From Antedon mediterranea (Eukaryota; Animalia; Echinodermata), in NCBI RefSeq assembly GCF_964355755.1, contig NC_092672.1, positions 25,116,437 through 25,180,436 of the forward strand: DNA of 64,000 bases, given 5' to 3'. The notes beneath the pieces were generated by a model. That model made no database searches, was not told the DNA's origin, and was given only the letters and a program-made list of their open reading frames with translations. Below, piece by piece: positions 46,666 through 57,283 of the stretch. The position numbers and the translations under genes are program-made. Each line of letters opens with the position of its first letter. The first letter of the stretch is position 1.

Positions 46666-47637
46666 CTAGGTAGTAGGTAGACACGGACACTGAGAGAATC
46701 CATCCCATACGTTCATGCACGCGTCACACGTAATCAAATGGTCTTCTTCGTCGCTTACCACCGTCGCTGACGATTGTGGTGAATCAACAAAGATTATTGG
46801 CGAATCGGTAATCGATTGGTCATTCAATGTATTACTACTATACGTTTCTTCGCATAACATTGGATCCAAATCGATATGGTTCAACTTTCTTGTTATCTCA
46901 TGATCAACGATGTCATCATCATCATCATGATATTCCCGGGCGTTGTCGGCATGTAAACATTCTTCATTATTGTACTGCAACACTGGATCGTTTTCGTATT
47001 GTATTTCAGTCACTGTATCGTTGCGCGTGTACCAACAAGGACATTGACCGTTTCCGTCCCATGTCTGTAAACAGTGTTCGCATTGAAAGTGATCTGTCAA
47101 TTCTGCCTTATAGCTATTTTTCTTCTCTTCCTCAACGAACAGCACCTTTATACTATCGTTATCAATTGGCAAATCAATATTGTACAATCTTCTTGTCATC
47201 TCACCATCATCATCATGACATTCCCCGGCATGTAAACTTTCTTCATCACCAGCGTCGTACTGCATTTCAGTCACTATATAGTTGCAACAAGGACATTGAC
47301 CGTTTCCGTCCCATGCCTGTAAACAATATTCGCATTGAAAGAGATCTGTCAATTCTGCCATATAGCTATTTTTCTTCTCTTCCTCAACGAACAGCACCTT
47401 TATACTATCGTTATCAATTGGAAAATCAATATTGTACAATCTTCTTGTCATCTCACCATCATCATCATGACATTCCCCGGCATGTAAACTTTCTTCATCA
47501 CCAGCGTCGTACTGCATTTCAGTCACTATATAGTTGCAACAAGGACATTGACCGTTTCCTTCCCATGTCCGTAAACAATATTCGCATTGAAAGAGATCTG
47601 TTAATTCTGCCATATTTCTTTCCCAAACGAACAGCAT
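46666..47637 (-). CDS. Viral acidic protein with four CxxCxxxW(D/E)GxxQCPC modules; three lie in 252-bp tandem repeats
   Basis: Repeat anchors at 47079, 47331 and 47583 (252-bp period, frame preserved); fourth diverged motif CDACMNVWDGFSQCPC at the C-terminus. Confidence 0.8.
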   Translation of the reverse strand: MLFVWERNMAELTDLFQCEYCLRTWEGNGQCPCCNYIVTEMQYDAGDEESLHAGECHDDDGEMTRRLYNIDFPIDNDSIKVLFVEEEKKNSYMAELTDLFQCEYCLQAWDGNGQCPCCNYIVTEMQYDAGDEESLHAGECHDDDGEMTRRLYNIDLPIDNDSIKVLFVEEEKKNSYKAELTDHFQCEHCLQTWDGNGQCPCWYTRNDTVTEIQYENDPVLQYNNEECLHADNAREYHDDDDDIVDHEITRKLNHIDLDPMLCEETYSSNTLNDQSITDSPIIFVDSPQSSATVVSDEEDHLITCDACMNVWDGFSQCPCLPTT

Positions 47638-47696
47638 CTCTATACGACGATGCGTAATCAACTAACTAATGTCATCTCATTGCCTCTTTTTAAGTA

Positions 47697-47951
47697 CTAC
47701 AAATAGCCTCCTCGTAACAAAATAGAAAATTCGTCCTCGTACCCTAAACAATGCGGATCCTCGTAGCAAAAAAGAAATTCGTCTTCGAACTCAAGAAGAC
47801 CGTGCGGATCCTCGTAGCAAAAAAGAAAATCGTCCTCGAACTCGAGAAGACCGTGCGCATCCTCGTTGCAAAAAAGAAAATCGTCCTCGAACTCGAGAAG
47901 ACCGTGCGGATCTTCGTAGCAAAAAAGAAAATCTATCGATAGGTCCTTCAT
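47697..47951 (-). CDS. 84-aa microprotein with four tandem LxCxE motifs (51-bp repeat)
   Basis: ATG at 47951; (D/E)FLFC(Y/N)ED repeated four times, each followed by an acidic stretch. Confidence 0.6.
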   Translation of the reverse strand: MKDLSIDFLFCYEDPHGLLEFEDDFLFCNEDAHGLLEFEDDFLFCYEDPHGLLEFEDEFLFCYEDPHCLGYEDEFSILLRGGYL

Positions 47952-47985
47952 AGTGTTTTGCTTGACAAAAATAAAATATACATAC

Positions 47986-48016
<31 letters not shown>

Positions 48017-48463
48017 ATGTATGATGCAACATCCGTGATGGCAGCAGGGTGTAGACTGTGCTCGTATGACGTTGACAGTAAGCAGAGACAATTTTGCAAC
48101 AATGATCCTAGTTCACAAAACTATCATCCCGTGTTGCACGGTGAGCACATATTCGAAAAGTACGGCGGTAGAAATCAAAAAGAGATCCTTCAGAGTATCA
48201 CAACCAGCATAGCTACAATAGACACATCAATGAACGATATCACGTTGGACGAGGTTCGTCTTCATTTCGATCAGCACATTATACCCAGCTATCGTCGAGT
48301 GTGTGAAGAGCAATTGTTGATTTGCAGACGTTTAGAGAGATTCATGGCGGATACGGTGATGATGGAAGACGAAGTACCGTCACCGAGTGATTTTAAAACG
48401 TATAGAACCGTGTGTCAGGATACACAAAAACTTGCCAAAGAGATTGAGCAAATAAACGCTTAA
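48017..48463 (+). CDS. Viral small protein with CxxC...HxxxH putative Zn site
   Basis: GCRLC ... EVRLHFDQH; helical C-terminus. Confidence 0.65.
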   Translation: MYDATSVMAAGCRLCSYDVDSKQRQFCNNDPSSQNYHPVLHGEHIFEKYGGRNQKEILQSITTSIATIDTSMNDITLDEVRLHFDQHIIPSYRRVCEEQLLICRRLERFMADTVMMEDEVPSPSDFKTYRTVCQDTQKLAKEIEQINA

Positions 48464-48488
48464 TTTACACACGAGCACTTGCAATACT

Positions 48489-48851
48489 ATGAGTTCGATA
48501 TACATTCATTGTATTCATACACAGACAATCTACCGCATAATAAAATGTACTCGAGATGCAGAAAGCACGTTAGTTGAAATCGTTTTATTTTTTCTCTGTT
48601 GTGAAGGAAATGAATTTGTACGCACTGAACATCTAAAACCATCCAGATATCCGTCTTGGATCAATTCGATCGTTGTTCTAACTACCAGAAAATTAAAATC
48701 CATTCGACATGGGGCAGATTTTGTTAACTCACGGCAGCACAGTTTCACGAGTTTGCTTACGTTGGAAAGAAACAACGTCGTCGCGGGCTCATCAGCGGCT
48801 TTAACTGTAGTTAAGTGTAGTGAAGGCCAACAAACAAACCGTTCAAAATAA
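48489..48851 (+). CDS. Small viral hypothetical protein
   Basis: 120-aa ATG ORF ending at AATAAA. Confidence 0.4.
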   Translation: MSSIYIHCIHTQTIYRIIKCTRDAESTLVEIVLFFLCCEGNEFVRTEHLKPSRYPSWINSIVVLTTRKLKSIRHGADFVNSRQHSFTSLLTLERNNVVAGSSAALTVVKCSEGQQTNRSK

Positions 48852-49266
48852 AGGTGAAGAGAAAACGCAGACCAATTTGTTGTGTATTTTTTAATTGGTA
48901 GTGGAATAATAAAAAACAAAAACAAACATGTGCCTCAACCAATTCTTTATAATTATTATCATCATCATCATCGGTATTTGAGCACCAACTAAGTATTCGG
49001 TAGTTACTACTGGTTTTTTTTTAATACCACTTACGTTTTTGTCGGTCATGTGTATTACATAGTTTGTTACCATCATCAACGTCCACTCAGATAATTTACG
49101 TTTTTGCTTCTCTGGCCGTTGTTATTTGTATCGTTTACAGTACTACTAGCTGTCATCGATATTACAAACACACGCGCACAGTAATGAAATAAGAAGAAGA
49201 CATTAAGGTTTGTGGTGCATTTATTTTTACTTTCTTATGTTATACATGACATTTTACACAATTGTT

Positions 49267-49908
49267 TCACACCACCGTTGCTCCGTATTCGGCCATCAGT
49301 TGATCGCACGTGTCTAGTAATGGATCTTCAGGAAACTGCACCGGTTCAATTGCATGACAAACATTTGCTTCTATTTGATTGACGTCGGCACAGTCTGTTT
49401 CAAGATCACCATCAACATAATCCTGTCCGATCAATAGATTCAGCTTTCGTATGACTTCTGTAACGGTTTGTTTGTACGGTAAGTTTGCTCTTCTGGCCAA
49501 CATTTGACGATCCGCTTGCTCCTTCATAAAGTCTTGTTTGTTGATTTCACATTGAATTTTTAAAAGTTTGATCATCTCGGTCGCCCCCTTGTATTTGGAA
49601 CATAATTCCAAAGTTTCGGGCAGTTTCCTTCGCAACTGTTCATACTTCACAGTCATTTCAGCGAGTCTTGCCTTTAGGCTGTCTATCTCGTATCGTTGTG
49701 TCTCCTCCTTTACCACATCCCTATGCGCGTCCATGGCGGCATGTGTCAAGTCTTTGTACATGTTTTGCGGTAACGAGTTGGCGTACTTTTCGGCAGCGAT
49801 TACTCTTCCTCTCAGTCGATCTTGTTCTTGTAACATACTCAACTTATCAACTTGCATAGCTTCAAGTTCCTGTTTCAATTCCGCAATCATATCCTTTGAC
49901 TTTCCCAT
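49267..49908 (-). CDS. Viral coiled-coil protein with NEMO/optineurin/ABIN-type UBAN motif
   Basis: IKLLKIQCEINKQDFMKEQADRQML compared with NEMO [25 protein letters not shown]. Confidence 0.75.
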   Translation of the reverse strand: MGKSKDMIAELKQELEAMQVDKLSMLQEQDRLRGRVIAAEKYANSLPQNMYKDLTHAAMDAHRDVVKEETQRYEIDSLKARLAEMTVKYEQLRRKLPETLELCSKYKGATEMIKLLKIQCEINKQDFMKEQADRQMLARRANLPYKQTVTEVIRKLNLLIGQDYVDGDLETDCADVNQIEANVCHAIEPVQFPEDPLLDTCDQLMAEYGATVV

Positions 49909-49992
49909 ACCGAACGAATCTGAATGATTTTTTTTTTTTGCTCTGACACGTTATTATATAGTGTGTGTGTGTGTGTGTGTGTGTGTGTCGCG

Positions 49993-50979
49993 TCAAGAAA
50001 AGTGATACGGTCGAAAGTATCTGTTCATAAACAGTTCAATCTCGGGACTGCGAACGTTACCGTAGAAATCGGTAGCAAACTCTCCGATGGCTTTCACCAT
50101 ACACGGCGTCACACAACCGTTTCTCGATCGACAAACAAATCCCATAGACTTTAGTTGATTGGGAATATAATGATCGTTGCTAAAAAACAGCGAAGGATAT
50201 GGATAGTTAAGAGCGTCGGTTACTCCGGGTAGCATGCCTACGGCCAAGTACAGTTTAGTACCCGCTTTTGCATTCAATCGACACGATTCGTGAACTCCAG
50301 ACAGTGTTGTAATCATCTTACCGAAATGTTGCGTTGTTATGCACGGATACGATTCGTTCGTAAACCATTGATTGCCACCGAAAGAAAGCTGATAGCCGAT
50401 AGGCAGAAAGTAAGAGAGGAAATCTCTAGGAGTTTTCATGCGTGCCAGTACGGCTCCAAAGCTGTCGAATCCACGTCGTTGACACACCGTTTTGATGTAT
50501 TCGTTGTGCGGCACGTCGCGATCGAAACAGTCGTTGATGTCGAGTGTAACCTCTTCTTTGATGATGTTTTGGAGGTGAGGCAACGGCACCGTTGCCTTGT
50601 CCGTACTCGCTTTAAAACTGGGTTCGGGTAACGCGTAACAGTTTACAGGAGCCGGTGTTGCAGTAGACATTTTCCTTTGACCGTTGTAAAGAAACAGCAT
50701 ATCGCCTCGATTGAATTGAATGGATCTGTTGAAGAATTCGTGATACGTTGTTATGTCACGAACACCGTCCGTATCCTTTTGTGCGTGAGTTGACGTTGGA
50801 TACATAAAGTTTCTTCTATCGCCGAAATTTGGTATACGCGACGTACCGGCCGTCATGTCTGTCTCATCGAGTCTGTACTCGCCACGACGTTCTGTCGCTT
50901 TGATCGGTGAATTTGGCTGTATGCCCGTGTACCATCTAATACCATCACCGGCGGCGTAAGGATGGAATCGTGATACCAT
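49993..50979 (-). CDS. Candidate second capsid triplex subunit
   Basis: ~328 aa; RGDMLF..FLPIGY..ITTQHFG..AGTKLYL..KAIG beta-strand/Gly pattern similar in spacing to the 27002-27925 protein. Confidence 0.35.
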   Translation of the reverse strand: MVSRFHPYAAGDGIRWYTGIQPNSPIKATERRGEYRLDETDMTAGTSRIPNFGDRRNFMYPTSTHAQKDTDGVRDITTYHEFFNRSIQFNRGDMLFLYNGQRKMSTATPAPVNCYALPEPSFKASTDKATVPLPHLQNIIKEEVTLDINDCFDRDVPHNEYIKTVCQRRGFDSFGAVLARMKTPRDFLSYFLPIGYQLSFGGNQWFTNESYPCITTQHFGKMITTLSGVHESCRLNAKAGTKLYLAVGMLPGVTDALNYPYPSLFFSNDHYIPNQLKSMGFVCRSRNGCVTPCMVKAIGEFATDFYGNVRSPEIELFMNRYFRPYHFS

Positions 50980-51043
50980 TATTATTTGTGTGTGTGTGCG
51001 TTTTACGAAAACAAACAAAGAAAACCGGGACGTTAACAACAAG

Positions 51044-52870
51044 ATGGAAGAGAAACGTTTGCTTGTCAATCATCACAAAGCGCGTGAAGATCTAGCATAC
51101 GTCGGTCAACGACCGAGAACGTTGGGCTACAAAGGATCTGAACAGATTCGAGTATGTACATCGAAAGACAAAACGATTATGGTTTGGATAATACCCACGT
51201 ACGAGAGTAAAAAGCCTAAAGGGTGCGTAAACATTATTGGAATGGCAAACGATCAACTTGTTGACGCGTTGTTGACGTTCATGAACACGAATAGAAACTC
51301 ATACTTTGTCGCCACTCTTTCCTATCAGGATCGAATCTCTTGCTTGAGTATAGCCGAGAAGATTGGCTGCAAGGACACCATCTGCGTGTTTACGTCTGCC
51401 GTGTACGAGATGTGCATGCACGATCTGCTGAAAGCCAGAAGAACCGCCGACAGAATTTCATCTTGGTCGTTGACGAATGTCGTCGACTCGGCCATTTGCA
51501 GAACGTTTGGCAAAATTAAACTGCACGAACAGGAACTCAAGTGGGAAGAGTTGATGACCTGGCTGGATACGGCCAGACACGATCAGCCGACAGAAGTAAA
51601 ATCGCACGACAGTGTGTACTATATGCCAGAATCGTATCTTTGGCATCTTGTGCACACATGGATTAACAAAAACGGCAAAACGGAACATCGAAGAAAACAA
51701 CACGCTCTCGTTAAACTCATACGAGGCAGATTACTGAACGATTCGGAAATGCTGTACAGAATCGCGTTTGTACGTCTCTCCTCCATCAATCAACTGGTTC
51801 AAGATTTGAGACATTATGTAAAACAAGTGTTTCATCATCATCGATTGAACGAGCAATCGGCGTTGGGTGTTCGTCACAGTCATCGACAAATTGCCACTTT
51901 CGGAACAACAACGCCACCTCCACCACCATCAATACCACAACAGCAGCTGGAAGAATACGTACACGTTACCGCTTCGTTCATGACGGCACCGTTCTATCGA
52001 ACTACCGTAGTTCGGAATCTGGCGTACACAGTATCTCCAGCAGACGAGGAGAACGCGACGATGCGTCTTCATCGATACAATGCCATCGTTGGAACGTTCG
52101 TAAGATTGCAAAACTCTACAACGAAGCGTACAGACGAATCGGTATGCCTGACGAGAATGAACGAAGATTTGTTGATACTAAGCGGTGGTGGAGCTAAAGA
52201 ATTTGAAACGTTCGATTTGGATAGTGGTGCGTGGAGCGTGGAACAGTCATTGGATACGGGCGTCGGCGGTGAATTGTACACGTCGCACGCAACGTGTCAA
52301 CACGGCCGCGACCTATGCGCATGGTACGTGGATCAAGCGGGTGATCATCTTCTGGTGATGTTGCGACGTACCCGAACAACGTGGAACGTCCTACTCAGAC
52401 ATCCAATTTCCATGGACGAAAACGAAAAGCAAAAGAATGTGAAACGTACCAGTGTGCATTCGTTCTTTGACGCAAACACGATTGTAGCGTTCCACGGCAA
52501 CACCGTCATCACTGTACACGTACCGTCGGGAAGGTTCGTGAAAACAACGGCACCATTGCATCCTACGCCCGGTGAATGGATAGGCGAGGTGAAACACGAA
52601 AACACTGTTCAACGCATCGGCTGTAACGGCATTGTAGACACTTTTGTTTTCCAACAGTCTGTTGCTGCTGCTGCTGCTTCTTCTGCTGCTGTCGACGAAT
52701 TTCGAATACAGATTGTCAACAGAAAAATAAAACTCGAGCACGGTACTATTGTTGCGTGCGCACCGCTTCTCTTTCCCGATGGTACAGTGCGACCGACAGT
52801 GCTGCATGCATCCGTTTTAAATTCCACAAAGAAACAACACAGATTCTCTCTCTTTCGACGATCAAGAAGA

Positions 52871-52901
<31 letters not shown>

Positions 52902-52915
52902 AGCTGAAAAGTTGA
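51044..52915 (+). CDS. Viral BTB-BACK-Kelch-like protein (putative Cullin-3 adaptor)
   Basis: VDALLTFM..CLSIAEKIGC (BTB end), ESYLWHLVHTWI..R..LVKLIR (BACK), LILSGG..FETFDLDSGAW..SHATC (degenerate Kelch). Confidence 0.65.
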
Positions 52916-54391
52916 CGTGAAATCATGTTCAGAAACGTCGAGCATTTCGGCGAGCATACGCCGTCCACAGCCTGATCGAAAGTAGGGCAGAAGAGGCATC
53001 ATCATTTCAATGTCCTCAAACGCTCTCTTTGTCCACGGTTTCAGCGGTACGCCGTATTCTTTCATCCAATCGTCGAGCAGTGAACTGACGATGAAATCTT
53101 GCCACGATGCCGAACAATCGCTGACAATCTGCTGTAACATTTTCGCTGGAAGCGCAGACGTTGTTCCGTGGCGTGCAACGTTGCCGGCGCCTCCCCCTGA
53201 CACCGGTATTGATCCCAATAGAACGTTTCTGACGAGAACATCGAGAGAGGCGGATGCCTGTTCGAGTCCCGATTGAGTTTTTACATCCAATCTGGACGCC
53301 AACATACTTCTCTCATCACCAACATCCTCGGTCGTCATAACCGGTAACAAGTGTCGTTCACGTCTTTTATCGAAAAGAAAACTCTTTCTCAACTTTTCCT
53401 TCTCCTTTCTGCATCTGACTAGATCGCCGATAAGTTTCTCTTTTTCGTCTACTGTGCTCGTTTTGTTAACGTCGTCCAGTAGAGAAGTTGCCATTGGAAC
53501 GCCCATGGTTCTGGCTTTGATCAGATTCGCTACGGCTGCTCCGGTAACCAAGTCTTCTGTGTTGTTGTTGTTGTTGTTGTTGTTGTCATCTTCGCCATCA
53601 TTCATGCCGTTAGATTTCGATTGAATTTTAGGACCGGTCACAATAATGTTCGTGGCCGAATTGCGCACGGCCGCCAAATGATATTCGGTCAAGAGACGTA
53701 CGTTTTCACAGCTGGCGAGCAGATTTGATAGAGCGCTGTGCATTCTACCGTCAACGCCTGGCCGATGAACGACAACGACACGCAAACGAGATTGGCTTTT
53801 AATCGATCTAGCATACAGATCACCTTCGTCGTCTCTGAATACTAAACATTCGTCCATGTCGACGGCAACCGGACGACCATCGACACACGTCGTCACCACA
53901 AATCCATAGATCCATATACATCGAATGGTGTCGCGTATGAAACGTTCGATGGATTCCTTGTACGTTTGACAAAAGACGGCAACTGTACATGAAGTCGGCG
54001 ATGGTATTTCGACGGTTGTGCACTGCGTTCTAACGATCGCTTCGGCACTAGCACGCATTCCATGTTCAAACATTGATTTTACCGAGATGGATGCACACAG
54101 TCTATTGAGTATACACATGCACATTGGCAACTGATCGAACGTTCGACGCAATAGTTTGGCGTGCTCTTCGTCGAGTAGATAAAACGTTTTGTTCTTAAAC
54201 TCTTCATTGACGGCCGTCATGCATGTTTTGCGTTTTTCAAACACATGTCGTGCATAGTCTTTTGCGTCGAGGAACATGTTAGCGTCTCGAGTCTCTGAAT
54301 CAATGGATGCTCTAATGCTGTCAACAGTCTTTTTGGTCACGTTACTATCGACCGTAGTCAGGGGCATTACTTTCCCGCCCAGAAGATTCAT
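52862..54391 (-). CDS. Candidate portal protein
   Basis: ~510 aa; FIRDTIRCIWIYGFVV..GRP (wing-like), PGVDGRMHSALSNLL followed by a long helix and NIIVT (stem/clip-like); lies near the terminase. Confidence 0.5.
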
Positions 54392-54522
54392 TTTGGCCAG
54401 AGGTGATGTGATTTCCACCGATTCGATTCACTTTCAAACAATTGACTACTTTGAGTATTCGTTGCCGATAACCACACATTTCAGAAGCAGCAGCAGCAGC
54501 AGCAGCAGCAGCGGTCATAAAA

Positions 54523-55185
54523 ATGTTGATTGATGCTTGGAAAAGATTTACGGATAGTCTGCCTAGTGGACTTGTCGAAAAGTCAAAGCCTATCTTGATA
54601 ACGGACGACTTGTGGGGTGCAACGCTGACGGGTGACGGTCGAACAGAGATCGATCTCACGCAATTGTATGCCGTCACAAAATCGGCTGGAATTTCAATTA
54701 ACGTATCCATGCCAAAAAGTACAAACAAGAAAATCAAATATATTTTATATATCGAACCTTCAAAAGAAGAAGAAGAAGAAGAAGAAGACGATGACGACGA
54801 TGAGGAGGAGGAGGAGGAGGAAGAGGAGGTGGTGATGGGTGTGAACGGTACTAAAGAATTAGAGATGGCCGAGTGTACGTACGAAACGCCAGAAACTATA
54901 CATTATAAATTCTATGTTCACACTTCTTTCTGGTTACCAGCCATAATCTCAAAGTTACGTAAAAAGTTTGGCGTCAACTTTCAAAAGTTGATTATTGCAC
55001 CAAGATTAACGGAGAAAGGTATTGAGCTGTTTGTTGCAGTAAATGTGCGCGAACGACGAACGTCCTCCACCTCCTCCTCCTCGTCGTCCTTCTCCTCAGC
55101 ACGACGAGTACGATCGAAATTGATGATTAAGATGATGATAATTGTGTTTGTGGCTGGAATCGGCTTCTTGAAATATCGAACATAG
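54523..55185 (+). CDS. Viral tail-anchored membrane protein with acidic tract
   Basis: C-terminal TM MMIIVFVAGIGFL preceded by a basic/Ser stretch. Confidence 0.65.
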   Translation: MLIDAWKRFTDSLPSGLVEKSKPILITDDLWGATLTGDGRTEIDLTQLYAVTKSAGISINVSMPKSTNKKIKYILYIEPSKEEEEEEEDDDDDEEEEEEEEEVVMGVNGTKELEMAECTYETPETIHYKFYVHTSFWLPAIISKLRKKFGVNFQKLIIAPRLTEKGIELFVAVNVRERRTSSTSSSSSSFSSARRVRSKLMIKMMIIVFVAGIGFLKYRT

Positions 55186-55266
55186 ACATGTATCGATTTT
55201 AAAAGCAAATAGACTCGAGAAGTAGACAAAAGAAAGGAAGTTGAAACTGTTTTTTTTTTTTTTTTT

Positions 55267-55909
55267 TTATTGATAAACTTTATTAGAAAGAAAGCAAGTC
55301 CACGCCAACCACAGAATAAACGTCATGGCAAGATCATCACGAACACCAGCCGTCTTTCCACTTATCGTGATTTTACCGTCGGATTTTACGAGTCTTCTGA
55401 AGTTACACAGTTGATCCTGTAAAATGCTCATCTGTCCGTCATCGATGTCTTGTGCAAACACGACTCGATCGTTCTCCAGCAACATTTGTGACAAATGTAC
55501 CAGATTTCCTTTGTCTCTTGTCCAAATTCCGACACACCTACGCCCGTCCGTTCGACGTCTCTCCTTTTCGAAAGATATGTCTACTGACGTACCGGCAAAA
55601 CGATCCGTTACTTGCTTTGCCATGCGAGCGGCGTGTGCGTGCGATGTATTACGTTCTACGTACACACGAACTGGCATGAATGTCAACTGATTGTACGTAG
55701 CCAAGGTCCTGTTCACCGTGTCTATTATTAGTTGGGCGTGCATGTCCAGTAAAGAATCCATACGATCCATATGTGCAACGTGGTGTTTCAAAGCAAGTAT
55801 CTGCGTAGTAAAATAAAGGTTATTACGATTAATAAATGCTTTTCTTTTCTTTTTTTCGTCTCAACGTATAGTAGGGAGAGAGAGAGAGAGTGAGAGAGAG
55901 AAACTGTAT

Positions 55910-55991
<82 letters not shown>

Positions 55992-57265
55992 AAAAGAAAA
56001 GGAAAAAGAGAATCAATTGGTAGCGTAATGTTGACGAATGCATTTCATCCCGTGTATTGCAATCTGGAATTTCTACAAGAACGACAAAGAATGTTTTTCG
56101 AATGGAAGAGCGCTATAGATAAGGCGGCTATAACGGACGAGATTAACGCATCCGCATTACCTATTGTCGAAAAGATTGTGAGAACGTGTGGTAGAGAGAC
56201 AGTGTTGTTGGTGGAAATGAATGATGCAACCGTACAAGATATGGTCGAACAACGACAAAAACAATCGATTCTGGCTTACACAAGAACGGCAATGATGGCC
56301 GCCACGCAATTTGAATTGGGTCGACAACGAGAGATATCGCAATTGAACACGTTTCTCTTACAGGCAATAGAAATGTTCAATTTGACATTTTTACCAGATG
56401 TAGAACGTGAGTACAGAGCATCAACGCCAACCGATAAACATTGGATAATAGATAGCATTCGCAATATCATCGTACAGCTGTTGACCAACACGTACGATCA
56501 ACCAATGTGGCATTCCGTCGGATGCGGATCACCGTTGGCCGTGGCCGTTGCAACGATTCGAAATCGAGTACAGAATACCAGTTGTTGTGGTGGTCTGTCT
56601 ACGATTCGGGCCGGGCTCCCAGGGCACGCTACGTACGCGCTTCGAAGAATTATGGAGAGAAGAGGCGCCGCGTGCAAAATACCATCCGTTCGACTTACCT
56701 GCCTAACGTCCGACGTCGTTAACACACCGGCAACCAATCCAATGCCGGACACGTCCGACGGAGTTGGATCGACGGCAATCAACAGACCCGATGAGAAGCC
56801 AGATCTTGTAGTGGATCTTCTTTCGTCTGAAAACAGTTTGGTTAGCAATTTACCGGAAAAAAGTCGTTCGGCGAGTGAAGACGGTGAACAGACGGGAATG
56901 CCCATACACTCTAGTTCATAGCTTCCGGTGGCTATGAGGTTCATCATCTGCTGAACGACATTACCGTCGTTTCCATCAATGTGTTCCGGTACCAAATGTC
57001 GCCTGTGAGCGCACACTGTTCGCGTTCCTTTCTCGAAGCACGCATCGCACAGGTACGACTGAGTAATGTATTTAACCAGTGCACGTCCATCGTGTTTAAT
57101 ATTCACAAACTCTTGCGACCAGTGATCACTCGAAGTCATCGACGATGTTAAAAGAACCGACACGTTCTTAGGTTGAAAGATTGGCAGAGTTGATAGCATA
57201 GCCGTTTGCTTTATCCACGGATACTCGTCCATCCATCCCATATCACAACCGGTTCCTCTTGAAGC
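55267..57265 (-). CDS. Herpes-type terminase large subunit (UL15/UL89/ORF29-like), last two exons: 56699-57265 and 55267-55800; the Walker A exon lies upstream, probably beyond the window
   Basis: ttttcag|ASRGTGCDMGWMDE (Walker B)..LTSS (motif III)..YLC..C..C.H..P..SYELECMG..IAVDP..SGIG..VRQ|gtaagt, then cgcag|ILALKH..VYVERN..QLCNF..ISGK..RDDLAMT. Colinear with HSV UL15 exon 2; both exons are phase 0. Confidence 0.93.
55913..55986. repeat. (TA)n microsatellite, preceded by (GA)n, in the terminase intron
   Basis: Pure TA run of about 70 bp. Confidence 0.95.
56028..56921 (+). CDS. Viral hypothetical protein nested antisense in the last terminase intron, overlapping the preceding exon
   Basis: ~297-aa ATG ORF; its last 223 nt overlap terminase exon 56699-57265. 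Confidence 0.65.
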   Translation: MLTNAFHPVYCNLEFLQERQRMFFEWKSAIDKAAITDEINASALPIVEKIVRTCGRETVLLVEMNDATVQDMVEQRQKQSILAYTRTAMMAATQFELGRQREISQLNTFLLQAIEMFNLTFLPDVEREYRASTPTDKHWIIDSIRNIIVQLLTNTYDQPMWHSVGCGSPLAVAVATIRNRVQNTSCCGGLSTIRAGLPGHATYALRRIMERRGAACKIPSVRLTCLTSDVVNTPATNPMPDTSDGVGSTAINRPDEKPDLVVDLLSSENSLVSNLPEKSRSASEDGEQTGMPIHSSS

Positions 57266-57283
57266 CTGAAAACAAAAATAAAG

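Noticed and set aside
55890-56027. N-terminal IYIYIY extension of the 343-aa ORF, and CVCVCV extensions of other ORFs
   Set aside because: These are translations of dinucleotide microsatellites from non-ATG starts; downstream ATGs were used instead.
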